From the NCBI GenBank assembly GCA_963823765.1, contig CAWGML010000002.1, positions 231,626 to 295,625 on the forward strand: a stretch of 64,000 nucleotides of DNA, in the 5' to 3' direction. The translations under genes were made by a program, and so were the position numbers. The notes beneath the pieces are model-generated. The model was not told where the DNA came from. It did no database searches and saw only the letters and a list, made by a program, of their open reading frames with translations. Below, piece by piece: positions 1 to 10,240 of the stretch (its first letter is position 1; each line of letters starts with the position of its first letter). Origin of the DNA: Candidatus Dormiibacterota bacterium (GTDB lineage: Bacteria > Chloroflexota > Dormibacteria > Aeolococcales > Aeolococcaceae).

Positions 1-1316
1 TCGACTTCGTGGCCCGCGCCATGGACCACATCGCCCACCTCGAGGGCCTCGACAACCGCGCCTTCCACCTCGTCGACCCGGCGCCGCTGTCGCTCGGGGA
101 CACGCTCAACACCTTCTGCCGGGCCGCTCACGCCCCCGAGTTCGCCCTGCGCTTCGACCGGCGCATGACCAAGATGATCCCGGGCGACACGCTCAAGGTG
201 GTGGGCGACCTCCCGGCCATCAAGCGCGTGCGCCGGCAGGTGCTCGACCGTCTCGGCATCCCCGAGACCGCGCTGGAGTACATGGACTACCCGGCGACCT
301 TCGACGCGGCCCACGCCCAGACCGCCCTGGTCGGGAGCGGCATCCGCGTTCCCCGCCTCCACGACTACGCCTGGAAGGTGTGGGACTACTGGGAGCGCCA
401 CCTCGACCCCGACCTGCCGACCGCGCACAACATCCGCCGCGTCGCCGGCGGCAGGGTGGTGGTGATCACCGGCGCGTCGAGCGGCATCGGTCGCGCCGTC
501 GCGAGCGCGCTGGCCGGTTCCGGCGCGACGATCGTCGGCGTCGCCCGCGGCATCGAGAAGCTCGAGGAGATGAAGGCGGAGGTGGAGGCGCTGGGCGGCA
601 CCGTGCAACTGCGCCCCACCGACCTCAGCGACCCGGCGGCGTGCAAGCAGATGCTCGAGGGGGTCATCGAGGAGCACGGCCGCGTCGACGTGCTGATCAA
701 CAACGCGGGACGCTCGATCCGTCGTTCGGTGATGGACTCGCTGGACCGCTTCCACGACTTCGAGCGGACCATGCAGCTCAACTACTTCGGCGCCATCGCG
801 CTGATCATGGCCGCCCTGCCGAGCATGAAGCAGCAGGGCAACGGCCACATCATCAACATCACCTCGATCGGCGGCCAGACGTACCCGCCGCGGTTCGCCG
901 CGTACGTCGCCAGCAAGGCGGCGCTCGACGCGTACTCGCGCTGTCTCGCGCCCGAGGTGGCCGCGGACGGCATCGACATCACCACCGTGCACATGCCCCT
1001 GGTGCGCACGCCGATGATCGCTCCCACCGGCATCTACAAGAACTTCCCCACGATCAGCCCCGAGGAGGCGGCCGAGATGGTGGTGCAGGCGATGATCACG
1101 CGTCCGCACGAGGTCTCGACGCGGCTGGGCAAGTTCGGCGAGCTGACCCACTCGGTGGCGCCCGGCGTGCACAACCTGATCATGAGCGCCGCCTACCACA
1201 TGCTCCCCGACAGCGGTGGCCGCTCCAAGGACAGCAACGGCGAGGCGAAGGAGGAGGCACCGGTCACCGCTGAGGCCTACGCTCTCGGCATGCTCATGCG
1301 CGGCATTCATCTCTAG
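1..1316 (+). CDS. 5'-truncated fusion protein: acyl-CoA/thioester-reductase-like region followed by a classical short-chain dehydrogenase/reductase (SDR) domain
   Basis: ORF 9..1316 stays open to the window edge (upstream in-frame codons read DFVARA). Rossmann motif VVVITGASSGIGRAVA and catalytic YVASKAA (YxxxK). High third-position GC. Confidence 0.8.
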   Translation, partial: DFVARAMDHIAHLEGLDNRAFHLVDPAPLSLGDTLNTFCRAAHAPEFALRFDRRMTKMIPGDTLKVVGDLPAIKRVRRQVLDRLGIPETALEYMDYPATFDAAHAQTALVGSGIRVPRLHDYAWKVWDYWERHLDPDLPTAHNIRRVAGGRVVVITGASSGIGRAVASALAGSGATIVGVARGIEKLEEMKAEVEALGGTVQLRPTDLSDPAACKQMLEGVIEEHGRVDVLINNAGRSIRRSVMDSLDRFHDFERTMQLNYFGAIALIMAALPSMKQQGNGHIINITSIGGQTYPPRFAAYVASKAALDAYSRCLAPEVAADGIDITTVHMPLVRTPMIAPTGIYKNFPTISPEEAAEMVVQAMITRPHEVSTRLGKFGELTHSVAPGVHNLIMSAAYHMLPDSGGRSKDSNGEAKEEAPVTAEAYALGMLMRGIHL

Positions 1317-1326
1317 GGCTCCCCGG

Positions 1327-2334
1327 GTGAGTCCCGCAGCGGACGAGGCCCCCGGCTCGGCTGTCGATCGCTGTCCCTACTCGCGCTCCTTCACGGCGGC
1401 ATTCGCCGACGACCCGGAGTGCCCCGCCTTCCAGGGTGCATCGTTCACGGTCACGGACACCGCCAACCGTCCGCTCGGCGTGGCGCTCACGTGCCGCCAC
1501 CTCACCGTCGGCAACGACACCCGCCGCGCCGGTCGCTTCTACCCGCGCTGCGGCCTCGGCGAAGCCCGCGACCGCCTGCGCTGGCTGGCGACGGTGACAC
1601 CCGCTCGCCTGGCGGTGATGCGCTCGCTCGAGGAGGAGTTCGACGCGGCCACCGCGAGCGACCGCAGGCTGCTGCTCGACGCCAAGGCGAGGCTGCTCGA
1701 CGGCGGGTTCGACGCCGCCGCGATCGAAGCGCTGGAGGTCCGCCTCAGCAGGTTCCTCGACCGCGTCGACGATTTCATCGAGGAGCGCAGCGATCGCCTA
1801 GCCGACATTGGCCTGCACGCCGCCCAGCTACAGCAGCTGCTCGCCGACTGGTCGATGGCGTGGCTGCGCAGCCACCGCCTCTTTGCGCCGGGCATCGATG
1901 GCCTGAGGATGGCCGGGCTCGCGCCCGAGGCCGCGGCGTTCCTCGGAGCGGGGGTGCACGTCCGGCCGGCTGTCGAGACATCGGCGCAGGTGGTCGCGGA
2001 GGTCGGGGCGTTGGCCATCGAGCGCAGCGAGGCGCCACGGGTGCTCCACGTCCGCGGCGAGATCGACGTCAGCAACTCGGATGCCATCGCCACCGCGGTG
2101 GCCGGCGCGCTGCTGGACGCCGGCGACGTCACCGTCGATTTCCAGCGTGTGCTCTTCTGCGACCTCAGCGGTCTGCGCACGCTCGTCCGCGCGGCGCAGG
2201 ACCTTGCCGAGGGACAGCGCATCCTCGTGACCGGCCTCCCCGAGCACCTGCAGCACGCGTTGCGGATCGTGGGCTGGTCAGACATCTCCGGGCTGGTCAT
2301 CGCGGGCTCAGCCGATCCGACCGAACGGCCGTGA
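1327..2334 (+). CDS. STAS-domain protein (anti-sigma-factor-antagonist type) with a ~230-aa N-terminal extension containing four Cys
   Basis: C-terminal VLHVRGEIDVSNSDAIATAVAGALLDAGDVTVDFQRVLFCDLSGLRTLVRAAQDL is SpoIIAA/RsbV-like. Start placed at GTG 1327 right after the upstream stop; the ORF-track start 1216 would overlap the SDR gene by 100 nt. Start uncertain. Confidence 0.6.
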   Translation: MSPAADEAPGSAVDRCPYSRSFTAAFADDPECPAFQGASFTVTDTANRPLGVALTCRHLTVGNDTRRAGRFYPRCGLGEARDRLRWLATVTPARLAVMRSLEEEFDAATASDRRLLLDAKARLLDGGFDAAAIEALEVRLSRFLDRVDDFIEERSDRLADIGLHAAQLQQLLADWSMAWLRSHRLFAPGIDGLRMAGLAPEAAAFLGAGVHVRPAVETSAQVVAEVGALAIERSEAPRVLHVRGEIDVSNSDAIATAVAGALLDAGDVTVDFQRVLFCDLSGLRTLVRAAQDLAEGQRILVTGLPEHLQHALRIVGWSDISGLVIAGSADPTERP

Positions 2335-2419
2335 GCGAACAGATGAGCGTGAGCCCGTACGCGAGGCTATGCTTGAACGGAGAACGCACTCGTCCGACAG
2401 CTCGTGGAGTCGCCACCAC

Positions 2420-3361
2420 ATGAACGCAACCAGCCCGGGCGAGACCTTCCGGCACGAGGCGTTGCTGTACGTGGGGCACGACGACTTCGTGCGCTCCACC
2501 GCGCGGTTCATCCGCGACGGCGTGGCGGCTGACGAGCCCACGCTCGTGGTGGTGGCGCGTGCCAAGATCGACAGCCTGCGTGAGGAGCTCGGTGGCGAGG
2601 CCGGCACTGTGGTCTTCGCCGACATGGCCGAGGTTGGTGCCAACCCCGGCCGGATCATCCCCGCCTGGCACGAGTTCGTCGAGGCGCATGCCGGGTCATC
2701 GCGCCGGCTGCGTGGCGTCGGCGAGCCGGTGTGGGCAGGGCGCGACCCGGTGACGCTGCTCGAGTGCCAGCGCCACGAGGCCCTGCTCAACCTCGCGTTC
2801 GACGGTGGCCGGGAGTGGTGGCTGCTCTGCCCCTACGACACCATGACGCTCTCCGCGGATGTCCTGGCCGAGGCCGAGCGCAGCCACCCCTACGTCAGCG
2901 AGAGCGGGTCGGCGCGCACCAGCACCAGCTTCGACCGGGTGGGGCTGGGGAGCACCCTGGACGCACCGCTGGACGCGGTGCCGGAGGGAACGCGAGCTCA
3001 TGCGTTCAGCTGGAGAACGCTGCGCGGGCTGCGCTCGCTGACGTCGGCGGAGGCGGCACGCGCCGGGCTGCTGTCAGCGCGCATCGCGGAGCTGGTGCTC
3101 GCCGTCAACGAGGTGGCCACCAACAGCCTGCGCCACGGCGGCGGGAAAGGCCACCTGCGGCTCTGGCGGACGCCCCGCGGAGTGGTGTGCGAGGTCAGCG
3201 ACGCAGGCGGGATCGAACACCCGCTGGCCGACCGGCGCCGTCCGGGCGGCGATCCGCAGGACGGTCGCGGGCTGTGGCTGGCGAACCACCTCTGCGACTT
3301 GGTGCAGCTGCGCTCGTCGGCCGCGGGCACGACGGTGCGCCTGCACATGCAGGTGACGTAG
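2420..3361 (+). CDS. MEDS-domain protein fused to an RsbW/SpoIIAB-like anti-sigma Ser/Thr kinase (HATPase_c) domain
   Basis: N-terminal FRHEALLYVGHDDFVRSTARFIRDGVAADEPTLVVV is MEDS-like. C-terminal ELVLAVNEVATNSLRHGGG...DGRGLWLANHLCD is an N-box/G-box-like ATPase. ATG at 2420. Confidence 0.75.
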   Translation: MNATSPGETFRHEALLYVGHDDFVRSTARFIRDGVAADEPTLVVVARAKIDSLREELGGEAGTVVFADMAEVGANPGRIIPAWHEFVEAHAGSSRRLRGVGEPVWAGRDPVTLLECQRHEALLNLAFDGGREWWLLCPYDTMTLSADVLAEAERSHPYVSESGSARTSTSFDRVGLGSTLDAPLDAVPEGTRAHAFSWRTLRGLRSLTSAEAARAGLLSARIAELVLAVNEVATNSLRHGGGKGHLRLWRTPRGVVCEVSDAGGIEHPLADRRRPGGDPQDGRGLWLANHLCDLVQLRSSAAGTTVRLHMQVT

Positions 3362-3370
3362 AGCGCCCGG

Positions 3371-4078
3371 TCAGGCGGGCGCGGTCAGCAGCGTGAGCTC
3401 GTCGTCGACGCCGAGCGTGCGCGCGGTCGGCGAGGTGGGCACCGCGTCCCTGGCCGGGTGCGTACGCAGCACGTAGTCGGCCACCGGGTTGGTGACCCCG
3501 AACCAGTACTGCTCGTTCTTGTAGTGGTGCAGGATGTGCGCGCGCCATACCGCGCGGAACGCGGCGGTGCGAGGCACGTACGGCGAGTGGATCAGGTAGT
3601 GCGACCACTCGTAGCCGAAGAGGAAGGTGGTCATCGTCGCCAACGCGGTGAGGCCGAGCCGGTGGTCGGGGAAGGCCAACCCGCTGACCGCTGCCAGCAC
3701 CACGAAGAGGCCGGTGAGCACCGGCAGCGGCACGAACACCAGCGGGATGTTGCGCGGGTCGCGGTGGTGCATGCGGTGGCGCCGGGCAAAGAGCGGGTCG
3801 AGGCGGCGGCCGGCGATGGTGCGGGGCCGGAAGTGGAGCAGGAAGACGTGCAGCAGCCACTCGGCGAAGGGCTCGACGGCGAGGATGCCGCCGACCACCA
3901 GCAGGTCGGCCCAGCGGAACCCGCCGACCGCGACCCGCGCGACCACGGCGGCGCTCGCCGCGATGGCCATGAGCCGGGGGCTGCCGTACTCCACGAAGAT
4001 GCGTGCGGCTGCGCCGAGCGTCAGTGTGCGACTGCCGGAGGCCGCGGCCTCACCGGCCGCGAGGTTGCTCACCGGCAC
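3371..4078 (-). CDS. fatty acid hydroxylase / sterol desaturase superfamily membrane protein
   Basis: Histidine boxes HVFLLHFRP, HRMHHRDPRN and WRAHILHHYKNE, with hydrophobic segments. Confidence 0.75.
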   Translation of the reverse strand: MPVSNLAAGEAAASGSRTLTLGAAARIFVEYGSPRLMAIAASAAVVARVAVGGFRWADLLVVGGILAVEPFAEWLLHVFLLHFRPRTIAGRRLDPLFARRHRMHHRDPRNIPLVFVPLPVLTGLFVVLAAVSGLAFPDHRLGLTALATMTTFLFGYEWSHYLIHSPYVPRTAAFRAVWRAHILHHYKNEQYWFGVTNPVADYVLRTHPARDAVPTSPTARTLGVDDELTLLTAPA

Positions 4079-4081
4079 AGT

Positions 4082-5647
4082 CTACGAGGCGACGCGCAGC
4101 CAGATGGAGAATGCCCCGCTGCCGAAGACGCGCTGGTACGCGCCGCTGTCCAGGACGGTGCTGATCTCGGGCCACTGGTTCTCCGCGTCGGTCGAGACGA
4201 TGATGAGGGTCGGCTTCATGATCGCCACGGCGTCGGCGACGGGGCCGTTGTTACCGAGCAGCACCTCGTCGTTGTAGATCGGCGGCGTGGGCATGAGCAC
4301 CGGGAGGTCGGCCAGTGAGTAGAGCCACGAGTTCGACGACCACACCACCGCGGATGTGCCCGTGTAGCCGTGCTCGGCGATCCACGTCGCCATCGCCTCG
4401 TCAGCAGCCACGTGGGCGTCGAAGTCGTTGTCCCAGTCACTGTCGTCGGCCTTGAGCGCCGAGCTCACCGCTCCGCCGTAGTACTGGGTCAGGGTCCTGG
4501 TGGAGTTCTGCGTCGGCGACGGCGCCGCCTGCGGCACCCAGTCCAGGCCGGTCACCCTGGCCAGGCCGGCGGCGATCGCCAGCCCGGCCACGGCGGGGGC
4601 GAGCCTCAGGGCAGCGGCGCGGTCGAACCGGCGCACCCTGGCCGGCAGCGGCACAAACGCCAGCGCGAGCGACACCGGGGCCGCCGCTGCGGTCAGGTAG
4701 TGCGCGTACGGCTGACCGGCCATGGCCGCGACCAGCAGGGACGCGCCTGCCCAGAGGACCACCGCCCAGGCCGGGGTCGCCTGCCTGCGGGCCACGAACG
4801 CGCCGGCGCAGAGGAGGAGGGCCGCGGCCCCCACCGCGCCGATGTGCACGAACACGCCGCCGTTGTCCGAGGGGAGCACGGAGCGCGTGTAGGGGATGTA
4901 GAAGCCGACCAGCGCGAACGCCACCCGGCTGGCGCCGGCGGTGGCGATGGCCACGGAGACCCAGGCCGCGGTGATCACCGCCACCGTGCCGACATACGCG
5001 ACCAGCTCCCGCCGACGGGTGCGCGGGCTGAACGCGATGATCAGCCCGAACGCCCCGGCCTCGGCGACGACCGTCTGCTGGTAGGCGAGGCCCGCCGCCA
5101 CCAGCGCGCCGACGGCGAACGGCCACAGAGGCAGGCGGCGCGGCGGCGCCGCCGGGCGGCGAGGGTCGATACGAACCAACAACAGCGCTCCCGCCCAGGT
5201 GATCGGGGCGATCAGCAGGCTCTCGGGCAGCGCGAGCTCGGCATCGATGACCGGCAGGCCAAGCGCGATCGCGCAGACCAGCGTGGCCAGGCACGCGCGC
5301 CGCGGCCCGACGATCCGGGTAGCCGCGAAGGCCACCGCGGCGAGCGCTGCGAAACCGGTGACGAAGGTGAGCAGGTGCAGACCGACCTCGCTCGTCCCGA
5401 AGAAGCGCACCTCGGTCGCGATCGTCCACGACTGCAGCGGAGGTTTGTTGTTCCAGATCTGGCTGTACAGCAGCTTGCCGCGCAGCAGCGAGCGCGCCAC
5501 GCCGACGTAGCTGGCCTCGTCCGTGTACCAGTGCGGCTCGAAGAAGGATGGCAAGCGCAGCAGGGTGAACACCAGGAAGCTCGGGGCCGTCCACCACACC
5601 GCGCTGCCGCGCGCCGGCCACCTCAGCTCAGGGGCGCGCAGCCGCAT
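4082..5647 (-). CDS. polytopic membrane glycosyltransferase (GT39/ArnT-PMT-like family)
   Basis: 521-aa ORF with more than 10 hydrophobic helices. N-terminal HWYTDEASYVGVARSLLRGKLLYSQIWNNKPPL is typical of ArnT/PMT-like lipid-linked sugar transferases. Confidence 0.65.
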   Translation of the reverse strand: MRLRAPELRWPARGSAVWWTAPSFLVFTLLRLPSFFEPHWYTDEASYVGVARSLLRGKLLYSQIWNNKPPLQSWTIATEVRFFGTSEVGLHLLTFVTGFAALAAVAFAATRIVGPRRACLATLVCAIALGLPVIDAELALPESLLIAPITWAGALLLVRIDPRRPAAPPRRLPLWPFAVGALVAAGLAYQQTVVAEAGAFGLIIAFSPRTRRRELVAYVGTVAVITAAWVSVAIATAGASRVAFALVGFYIPYTRSVLPSDNGGVFVHIGAVGAAALLLCAGAFVARRQATPAWAVVLWAGASLLVAAMAGQPYAHYLTAAAAPVSLALAFVPLPARVRRFDRAAALRLAPAVAGLAIAAGLARVTGLDWVPQAAPSPTQNSTRTLTQYYGGAVSSALKADDSDWDNDFDAHVAADEAMATWIAEHGYTGTSAVVWSSNSWLYSLADLPVLMPTPPIYNDEVLLGNNGPVADAVAIMKPTLIIVSTDAENQWPEISTVLDSGAYQRVFGSGAFSIWLRVAS

Positions 5648-5746
5648 GCGGGAAGGGAATCTGCCGGGTCACCGGCCAGTAATACCATCTGGCAGGCCCC
5701 GGCCAGTTCGCCACGGTAGGATGGGGCGGGCACGAGGAGGTGGCCG

Positions 5747-6034
5747 GTGACCCAGAGCGACATTCCCGAGGGATACCCCGACAGCCCGCCCGAGGAGACG
5801 ACCCCGCCGGAGCCGCCGGAGTCGCTGGAGGACGCCGACCGCGAGCTCGAGGACGAGGGCGAGGTGAGCCCGCGCGGGGCGCAGCCCGACCTCAGCGACC
5901 GCGAGGATGCGTTCAACGACGCGCCGGACGCCGACCAGCTTGCCGCCGCCGAGGTCGGCAACCAGGGATCACGGCCCGAGGACGCCGCCAACTTCGAGGA
6001 CAACGCCGCCGAGTGGTCGCGCGAACGCAGCTAG
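5747..6034 (+). CDS. small acidic, Pro/Glu/Asp-rich hypothetical protein
   Basis: GTG 5747 preceded by AGGAGG (5735-5740) at 6-nt spacing. High GC3. No recognisable domain. Confidence 0.5.
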   Translation: MTQSDIPEGYPDSPPEETTPPEPPESLEDADRELEDEGEVSPRGAQPDLSDREDAFNDAPDADQLAAAEVGNQGSRPEDAANFEDNAAEWSRERS

Positions 6035-6037
6035 CCC

Positions 6038-6841
6038 TCACGGGCCGCTGTTGCGGTCGGCCCCGGTGATGGCCAGCACCTCGTCATGCAGCAGCCCGTT
6101 GGTCGACAGGCCCGTCCCTCCCAGCGGTCCCTCGCCGGAGCGGTCGAGGAAGCGCCCGCCTGCCTCCTCGACGATGAGCGACAGGGCGGCGTAGTCCCAG
6201 AGATTGGCGCGCGAGGTCCAGCCGATGTCGGCCGAGCCGCGTGCCACCGCCAGGTGCGAATGAGTGTTGCCGAGGCCGCGGGCCTCCCAGCAGAGGTTGG
6301 TGATCTCGAGCAGCTCGACCCACATGCCGGCGCGCTGGAATCCCGACACCGAGCTGTGCGCAAGCATCGCCTCGCTCACGTTGAGCACCCGCGACACGCT
6401 GATCGTCTCCCCGTTGACAGTGGCGCCGCCACCGCGCACAGCGGCGTGTCGATGCCCGTCCGCGGGTGTGGACGCCACCGCCACTACCGTTAGCCCGTCC
6501 CACTGGAGCGCGATCAGCGTGCCCCAGGTCTCCATGCCGCGCACGAAGCTCTTGGTGCCGTCGATGGGGTCGATGACCCAGCGCCAGCCGTCGCGTGCGT
6601 GCACGTCGCCGCCGAACTCTTCGCCGATCACCGCGTGTGCCGGGCGGCGGCTGGCGAGCAGCTCTCGCAGCGCCAGCTCGATTGCGTGATCCGCCTCGGT
6701 GACCGGGCTGCGGTCAGGCTTGGCCGTCACCACCAGGTCGTGGGCACGGAAGCGCGCCATGGAGAGGACGTCGGCGAGGTCGGCCAGCTCGTGGGCGAAG
6801 GCGAGCTCCTCCTCGAGCGCGGCGATGGAGATCCCGACCAT
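6038..6841 (-). CDS. inositol monophosphatase family protein (HisN/ImpA-like paralog)
   Basis: Motifs PDRSPVTEADHAIE and [20 protein letters not shown] at 6841 (MVGISIAAL); the longer ORF-track N-terminus is R/P-rich and unlikely. Confidence 0.8.
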   Translation of the reverse strand: MVGISIAALEEELAFAHELADLADVLSMARFRAHDLVVTAKPDRSPVTEADHAIELALRELLASRRPAHAVIGEEFGGDVHARDGWRWVIDPIDGTKSFVRGMETWGTLIALQWDGLTVVAVASTPADGHRHAAVRGGGATVNGETISVSRVLNVSEAMLAHSSVSGFQRAGMWVELLEITNLCWEARGLGNTHSHLAVARGSADIGWTSRANLWDYAALSLIVEEAGGRFLDRSGEGPLGGTGLSTNGLLHDEVLAITGADRNSGP

Positions 6842-6922
6842 GCGCCAAGCGTACCGGCGACCCGGACGGCGACGGCCGTCGTACCCTAGATCGCACTGAG
6901 CATCCCAGAGGAGCAACGCACC

Positions 6923-7573
6923 ATGGCCCACCGCAAGCTGCCGATCTTCGACGAGAAGGGTTTCGTCATCCTCCGCGACTACGAGGGCCCGGCGATCCCG
7001 GAGAGCGAGTGGATGGGGCTCGAGTACATGGACTGGAAGAGCGGGGGAGACACCAACTTCGCGCCACTCGCGTCCGCGCTCGGTGAGATGGAGTGCGCCG
7101 GCTTCTGGGACCACGGCAAGCCCGACAAGGACGGCATCTGGACCAAGAACAGGGAGATCGCGCCGTCGCTGGTGCGCTACGTGGAGGCGGTGGGCTCGCG
7201 CTACGGGCGCGTGCGGGTCATCAAGCTCAATCCCAGCGACGAGGCGTTCGCGGTGCGCCAGCTACACCTCGACGACAACAACCGTCTCAACCCCGACGGT
7301 GAGGGGTGGGTGGTGCGCTCGTGGCTGGAGCTGACCGACAACAACGCCACATTCATCCTCCGCGAGGAGAAGGAGGACGAGGGCACGGAGTCGCGCATCC
7401 CGCTGCACAAGGGCATGCAGTTCGTCATCGACACCCAGCGTCTCTGGCACGTCGTCCACAACCCCGGTCCCGAGCCACGCTACGCGCTGATCACCTCCTG
7501 GGAGTCCGGCGACGCCCTGCAGGCGTGGATCGACGCCGAGCTGCCGGTGGAGATGTCCGCTCCGGCGACGTGA
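6923..7573 (+). CDS. hypothetical protein, possibly cupin / Asp-Asn beta-hydroxylase-like 2OG-Fe(II) oxygenase
   Basis: 216-aa ORF with coding-like composition. A possible HxD...H triad (QLHLDD ... LWHVVHN). Assignment tentative. Confidence 0.5.
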   Translation: MAHRKLPIFDEKGFVILRDYEGPAIPESEWMGLEYMDWKSGGDTNFAPLASALGEMECAGFWDHGKPDKDGIWTKNREIAPSLVRYVEAVGSRYGRVRVIKLNPSDEAFAVRQLHLDDNNRLNPDGEGWVVRSWLELTDNNATFILREEKEDEGTESRIPLHKGMQFVIDTQRLWHVVHNPGPEPRYALITSWESGDALQAWIDAELPVEMSAPAT

Positions 7574-7607
7574 GCCTCGCCTCCCCTGACGGAGAAACGC
7601 GATGCGG

Positions 7608-7715
7608 TCACCTCGCGGGCGCGTCGGGATCGATGGCCTCGCCGCACGTGGGGCAGAACTCCGCCGCGCTGTCGTCGACCCATTCCCCGCACGCCGGGCA
7701 CTGCTGCGTTGTCAT
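7608..7715 (-). CDS. 35-aa zinc-ribbon protein
   Basis: MTTQQCPACGEWVDDSAAEFCPTCGEAIDPDAPAR has CPxCG...CPxCG. GGAGG lies 6 nt upstream of ATG 7715. High GC3. Confidence 0.5.
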   Translation of the reverse strand: MTTQQCPACGEWVDDSAAEFCPTCGEAIDPDAPAR

Positions 7716-7812
7716 GACCATCCTCCACCACTCTCCTCCGCCTGGCTGAGACGACGTTGCGCGCCCGCGGCGGACAATGGAAGGACCACCACAACAACAT
7801 CGGAGGACCACG

Positions 7813-8787
7813 ATGCAGGCACGCACGCTGGGCCAGGGATTGACCGTGTCCGCGCAGGGGCTCGGCTGCATGGGGATGTCGGACGCGTACGGACCGGGCG
7901 ACGACGAGGAGTCGATGCGCACCATCCACCGCGCGCTCGACCTCGGCGTGACCTTCCTCGACACCGCCGACATGTACGGTCCCTGGAAGAACGAGCGCCT
8001 GGTGGGGCGGGCCATCGCCGGTCGCCGCCATGAGGTGGTTCTGGCCACCAAGTTCGGCAACGTGCGCAACGAGAGGGGAGACTTCCTCGGGGTGCGCGGC
8101 GACCCCGAGTACGTCCACGCATGCTGTGACGCGTCGCTGCAGCGGCTCGGGGTCGACGCCATCGACCTCTACTACCAGCACCGCGTCGACAAGACGGTGC
8201 CGATCGAGGAGACGGTGGGCGCCATGGCCGAGCTCGTGGAGAAGGGCAAGGTGCGCCACCTCGGTCTCTCCGAGGCGGCCCCGGCCACCATCCGCCGCGC
8301 CCACCGCGTGCATCCGATCAGCGCGCTGCAGACCGAGTACTCGCTGTGGACGCGCGACCCCGAGCGCGAGATCCTGGCGATGACTCGCGAGCTGGGCATC
8401 GGCTTCGTGGCCTACAGCCCGCTCGGTCGCGGGCTGCTCACCGGCCGCTTCCGCACCGCGGACTTCGGTCCGGGCGACGGCCGCGGCAGCCACCCCCGGT
8501 TCCAGGGCGAGAACCTCGAGCAGAACCTGAAGATCGTCGACGCGGTGGAGGCGACCGCCAGGCGCAAGGGCGCGACCGCCGCCCAGGTGGCGCTCGCCTG
8601 GGTGCTGCACCGCGGTGACGACATCGTGCCCATCCCGGGCACCAAGCGGGTGCGCTACCTCGAGGAGAACGTCGCCGCCGTCGACATCGAGCTCGATGCC
8701 GACGACCTCGCCGCCCTCGAGGACGCTGCTCCACTGGGCGCCGGTGCCGGCGCGCGTTACGCGAGCATGGCCAGCATCGACAGCTGA
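7813..8787 (+). CDS. aldo/keto reductase
   Basis: [29 protein letters not shown], and a C-terminal [15 protein letters not shown] motif. GGAGGA before ATG 7813. Confidence 0.9.
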   Translation: MQARTLGQGLTVSAQGLGCMGMSDAYGPGDDEESMRTIHRALDLGVTFLDTADMYGPWKNERLVGRAIAGRRHEVVLATKFGNVRNERGDFLGVRGDPEYVHACCDASLQRLGVDAIDLYYQHRVDKTVPIEETVGAMAELVEKGKVRHLGLSEAAPATIRRAHRVHPISALQTEYSLWTRDPEREILAMTRELGIGFVAYSPLGRGLLTGRFRTADFGPGDGRGSHPRFQGENLEQNLKIVDAVEATARRKGATAAQVALAWVLHRGDDIVPIPGTKRVRYLEENVAAVDIELDADDLAALEDAAPLGAGAGARYASMASIDS

Positions 8788-8789
8788 CG

Positions 8790-9677
8790 TCAGCCCGCCA
8801 CGACCTCGTTGGCGATGCGCCCGACACCCTCGATCACCACCTCGCAGCGCTGGCCGGGCTGGAGCCACAAGGGTGGCGTGCGTCCCATCGCCACGCCCGA
8901 GGGTGTGCCGGTGAGGATGACGTCGCCCGGTTCGAGCGTGGTGGCCGCGCTGCAGTGCGCGACCAGCGTGGCGATGTCGAAGATCATCAGCGATGTGCTG
9001 GAGTCCTGCCGGGTCTCGCCGTCGACGAGGCAGGTGATGCGCAGGTCCTGCGGGTCGTCGACCTCGTCGCGGGTGACGATGGCCGGCCCCAGTGGGCAGA
9101 AGCCGTCGAACGACTTGCCGCGCACGAACTGACCGGTGGCCCGCTGCGCGGTGCGCGCCGAGACGTCGTTGGCGCAGCAGTAGCCGAGGACATGCTCGAA
9201 GACGTCGGCGGCGCTGAGGTCACGTCCGCGGCGGCCGATGACCACGGCCAGCTCGGCCTCGTAGTCGAGGTCGTCGACGAAGTGCGGGCGCGGGATGGGG
9301 TCGAATGGGCCGCTCACCGCCGTCGGGTACTTGGCGAAGATCAGCGGTTCGGGCGGCAGGTCGCTGCCCAGCTCGCGCGCGTGGTCGGCGTAGTTGCGCC
9401 CGATGCCGATGACCTTGCCGGGGCGCGGGATGGGCGCGGTGAGCCGCTCCAGTGGATGCGCCTCCACCCCCGCGGCGAACAGGTCGTCGATCTCCGCGCT
9501 CACCGCCCGCAGGTCGGCCTGGATATCGTCCCAGCGGTGCAGCAGCGACAGCGTGTCGGTCGCGGGACCGATGTGGCGGCCGGCTTTCACGCACGCGTCG
9601 GCAAGAACGATGGCGTGGTCCTCGGAGACCAGCGCGGCGACGGTGCGCCTGCCGAGACGGAGCGTCCCGATCCTCAT
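8790..9677 (-). CDS. fumarylacetoacetate hydrolase (FAH) family protein
   Basis: KVIGIGRNYADHARE, DYEAELAVVIG, GDVILTGTPSGV. ATG at 9677 (MRIGTLRLG). Confidence 0.9.
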   Translation of the reverse strand: MRIGTLRLGRRTVAALVSEDHAIVLADACVKAGRHIGPATDTLSLLHRWDDIQADLRAVSAEIDDLFAAGVEAHPLERLTAPIPRPGKVIGIGRNYADHARELGSDLPPEPLIFAKYPTAVSGPFDPIPRPHFVDDLDYEAELAVVIGRRGRDLSAADVFEHVLGYCCANDVSARTAQRATGQFVRGKSFDGFCPLGPAIVTRDEVDDPQDLRITCLVDGETRQDSSTSLMIFDIATLVAHCSAATTLEPGDVILTGTPSGVAMGRTPPLWLQPGQRCEVVIEGVGRIANEVVAG

Positions 9678-9684
9678 GCGCTGG

Positions 9685-10197
9685 CTAGGCCTGCGATTCG
9701 AGCCTGGTCCAGGCGACATGGAGCACGTCGGCCGCGGCTGACGACGCCAGCAGCGCGCTGATGTCGCGAGTGGCATTGGGCGCGTGCAGCCAGGCGATCG
9801 CCAGCGCGGTGGCGGCCCATTGGTTGAAGCAGAATGGGCAGGTCAGCAGCTCGCCGATGGCGTAGCGCAGCCCCTCGCCCCGCGGTGACTCGTTGACCTC
9901 GGCGCCGTCGCCCTCCTCGACGAACTCGGTGAAGGGCGCCCGTACGAAGCCGGTGACCTTGTCCTTGGTGACCAGGCGGCTCAGCTTGAACGCGGCGACG
10001 GCGAGCAGGGCGCCGTCGCTGAAGGTCGGACGCGCGACACCGCGCCGGCGCACGCCGGTGAGCACGCCCACGCCGGTGAGCCCCACGTAGGTGGCGAACA
10101 GGGTGGCGTAGGCGCCGAGCTGGTGCTCACGACCGTAGCCGGAGACGAGGCCGGCGATCGACGGCGGCCGCTGCCGGCGCAGGGTGGGGCGGATCAC
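9685..10197 (-). CDS. DUF1360-like membrane protein
   Basis: Hydrophobic helices plus LTCPFCFNQWAATALAIAWL, which I recall as the DUF1360 signature. Family name from memory. Confidence 0.65.
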   Translation of the reverse strand: MIRPTLRRQRPPSIAGLVSGYGREHQLGAYATLFATYVGLTGVGVLTGVRRRGVARPTFSDGALLAVAAFKLSRLVTKDKVTGFVRAPFTEFVEEGDGAEVNESPRGEGLRYAIGELLTCPFCFNQWAATALAIAWLHAPNATRDISALLASSAAADVLHVAWTRLESQA

Positions 10198-10240
10198 CTC
10201 GCCAGCCTACGGGTCGGGGACCATCCGAGGCGGCGGCGCC

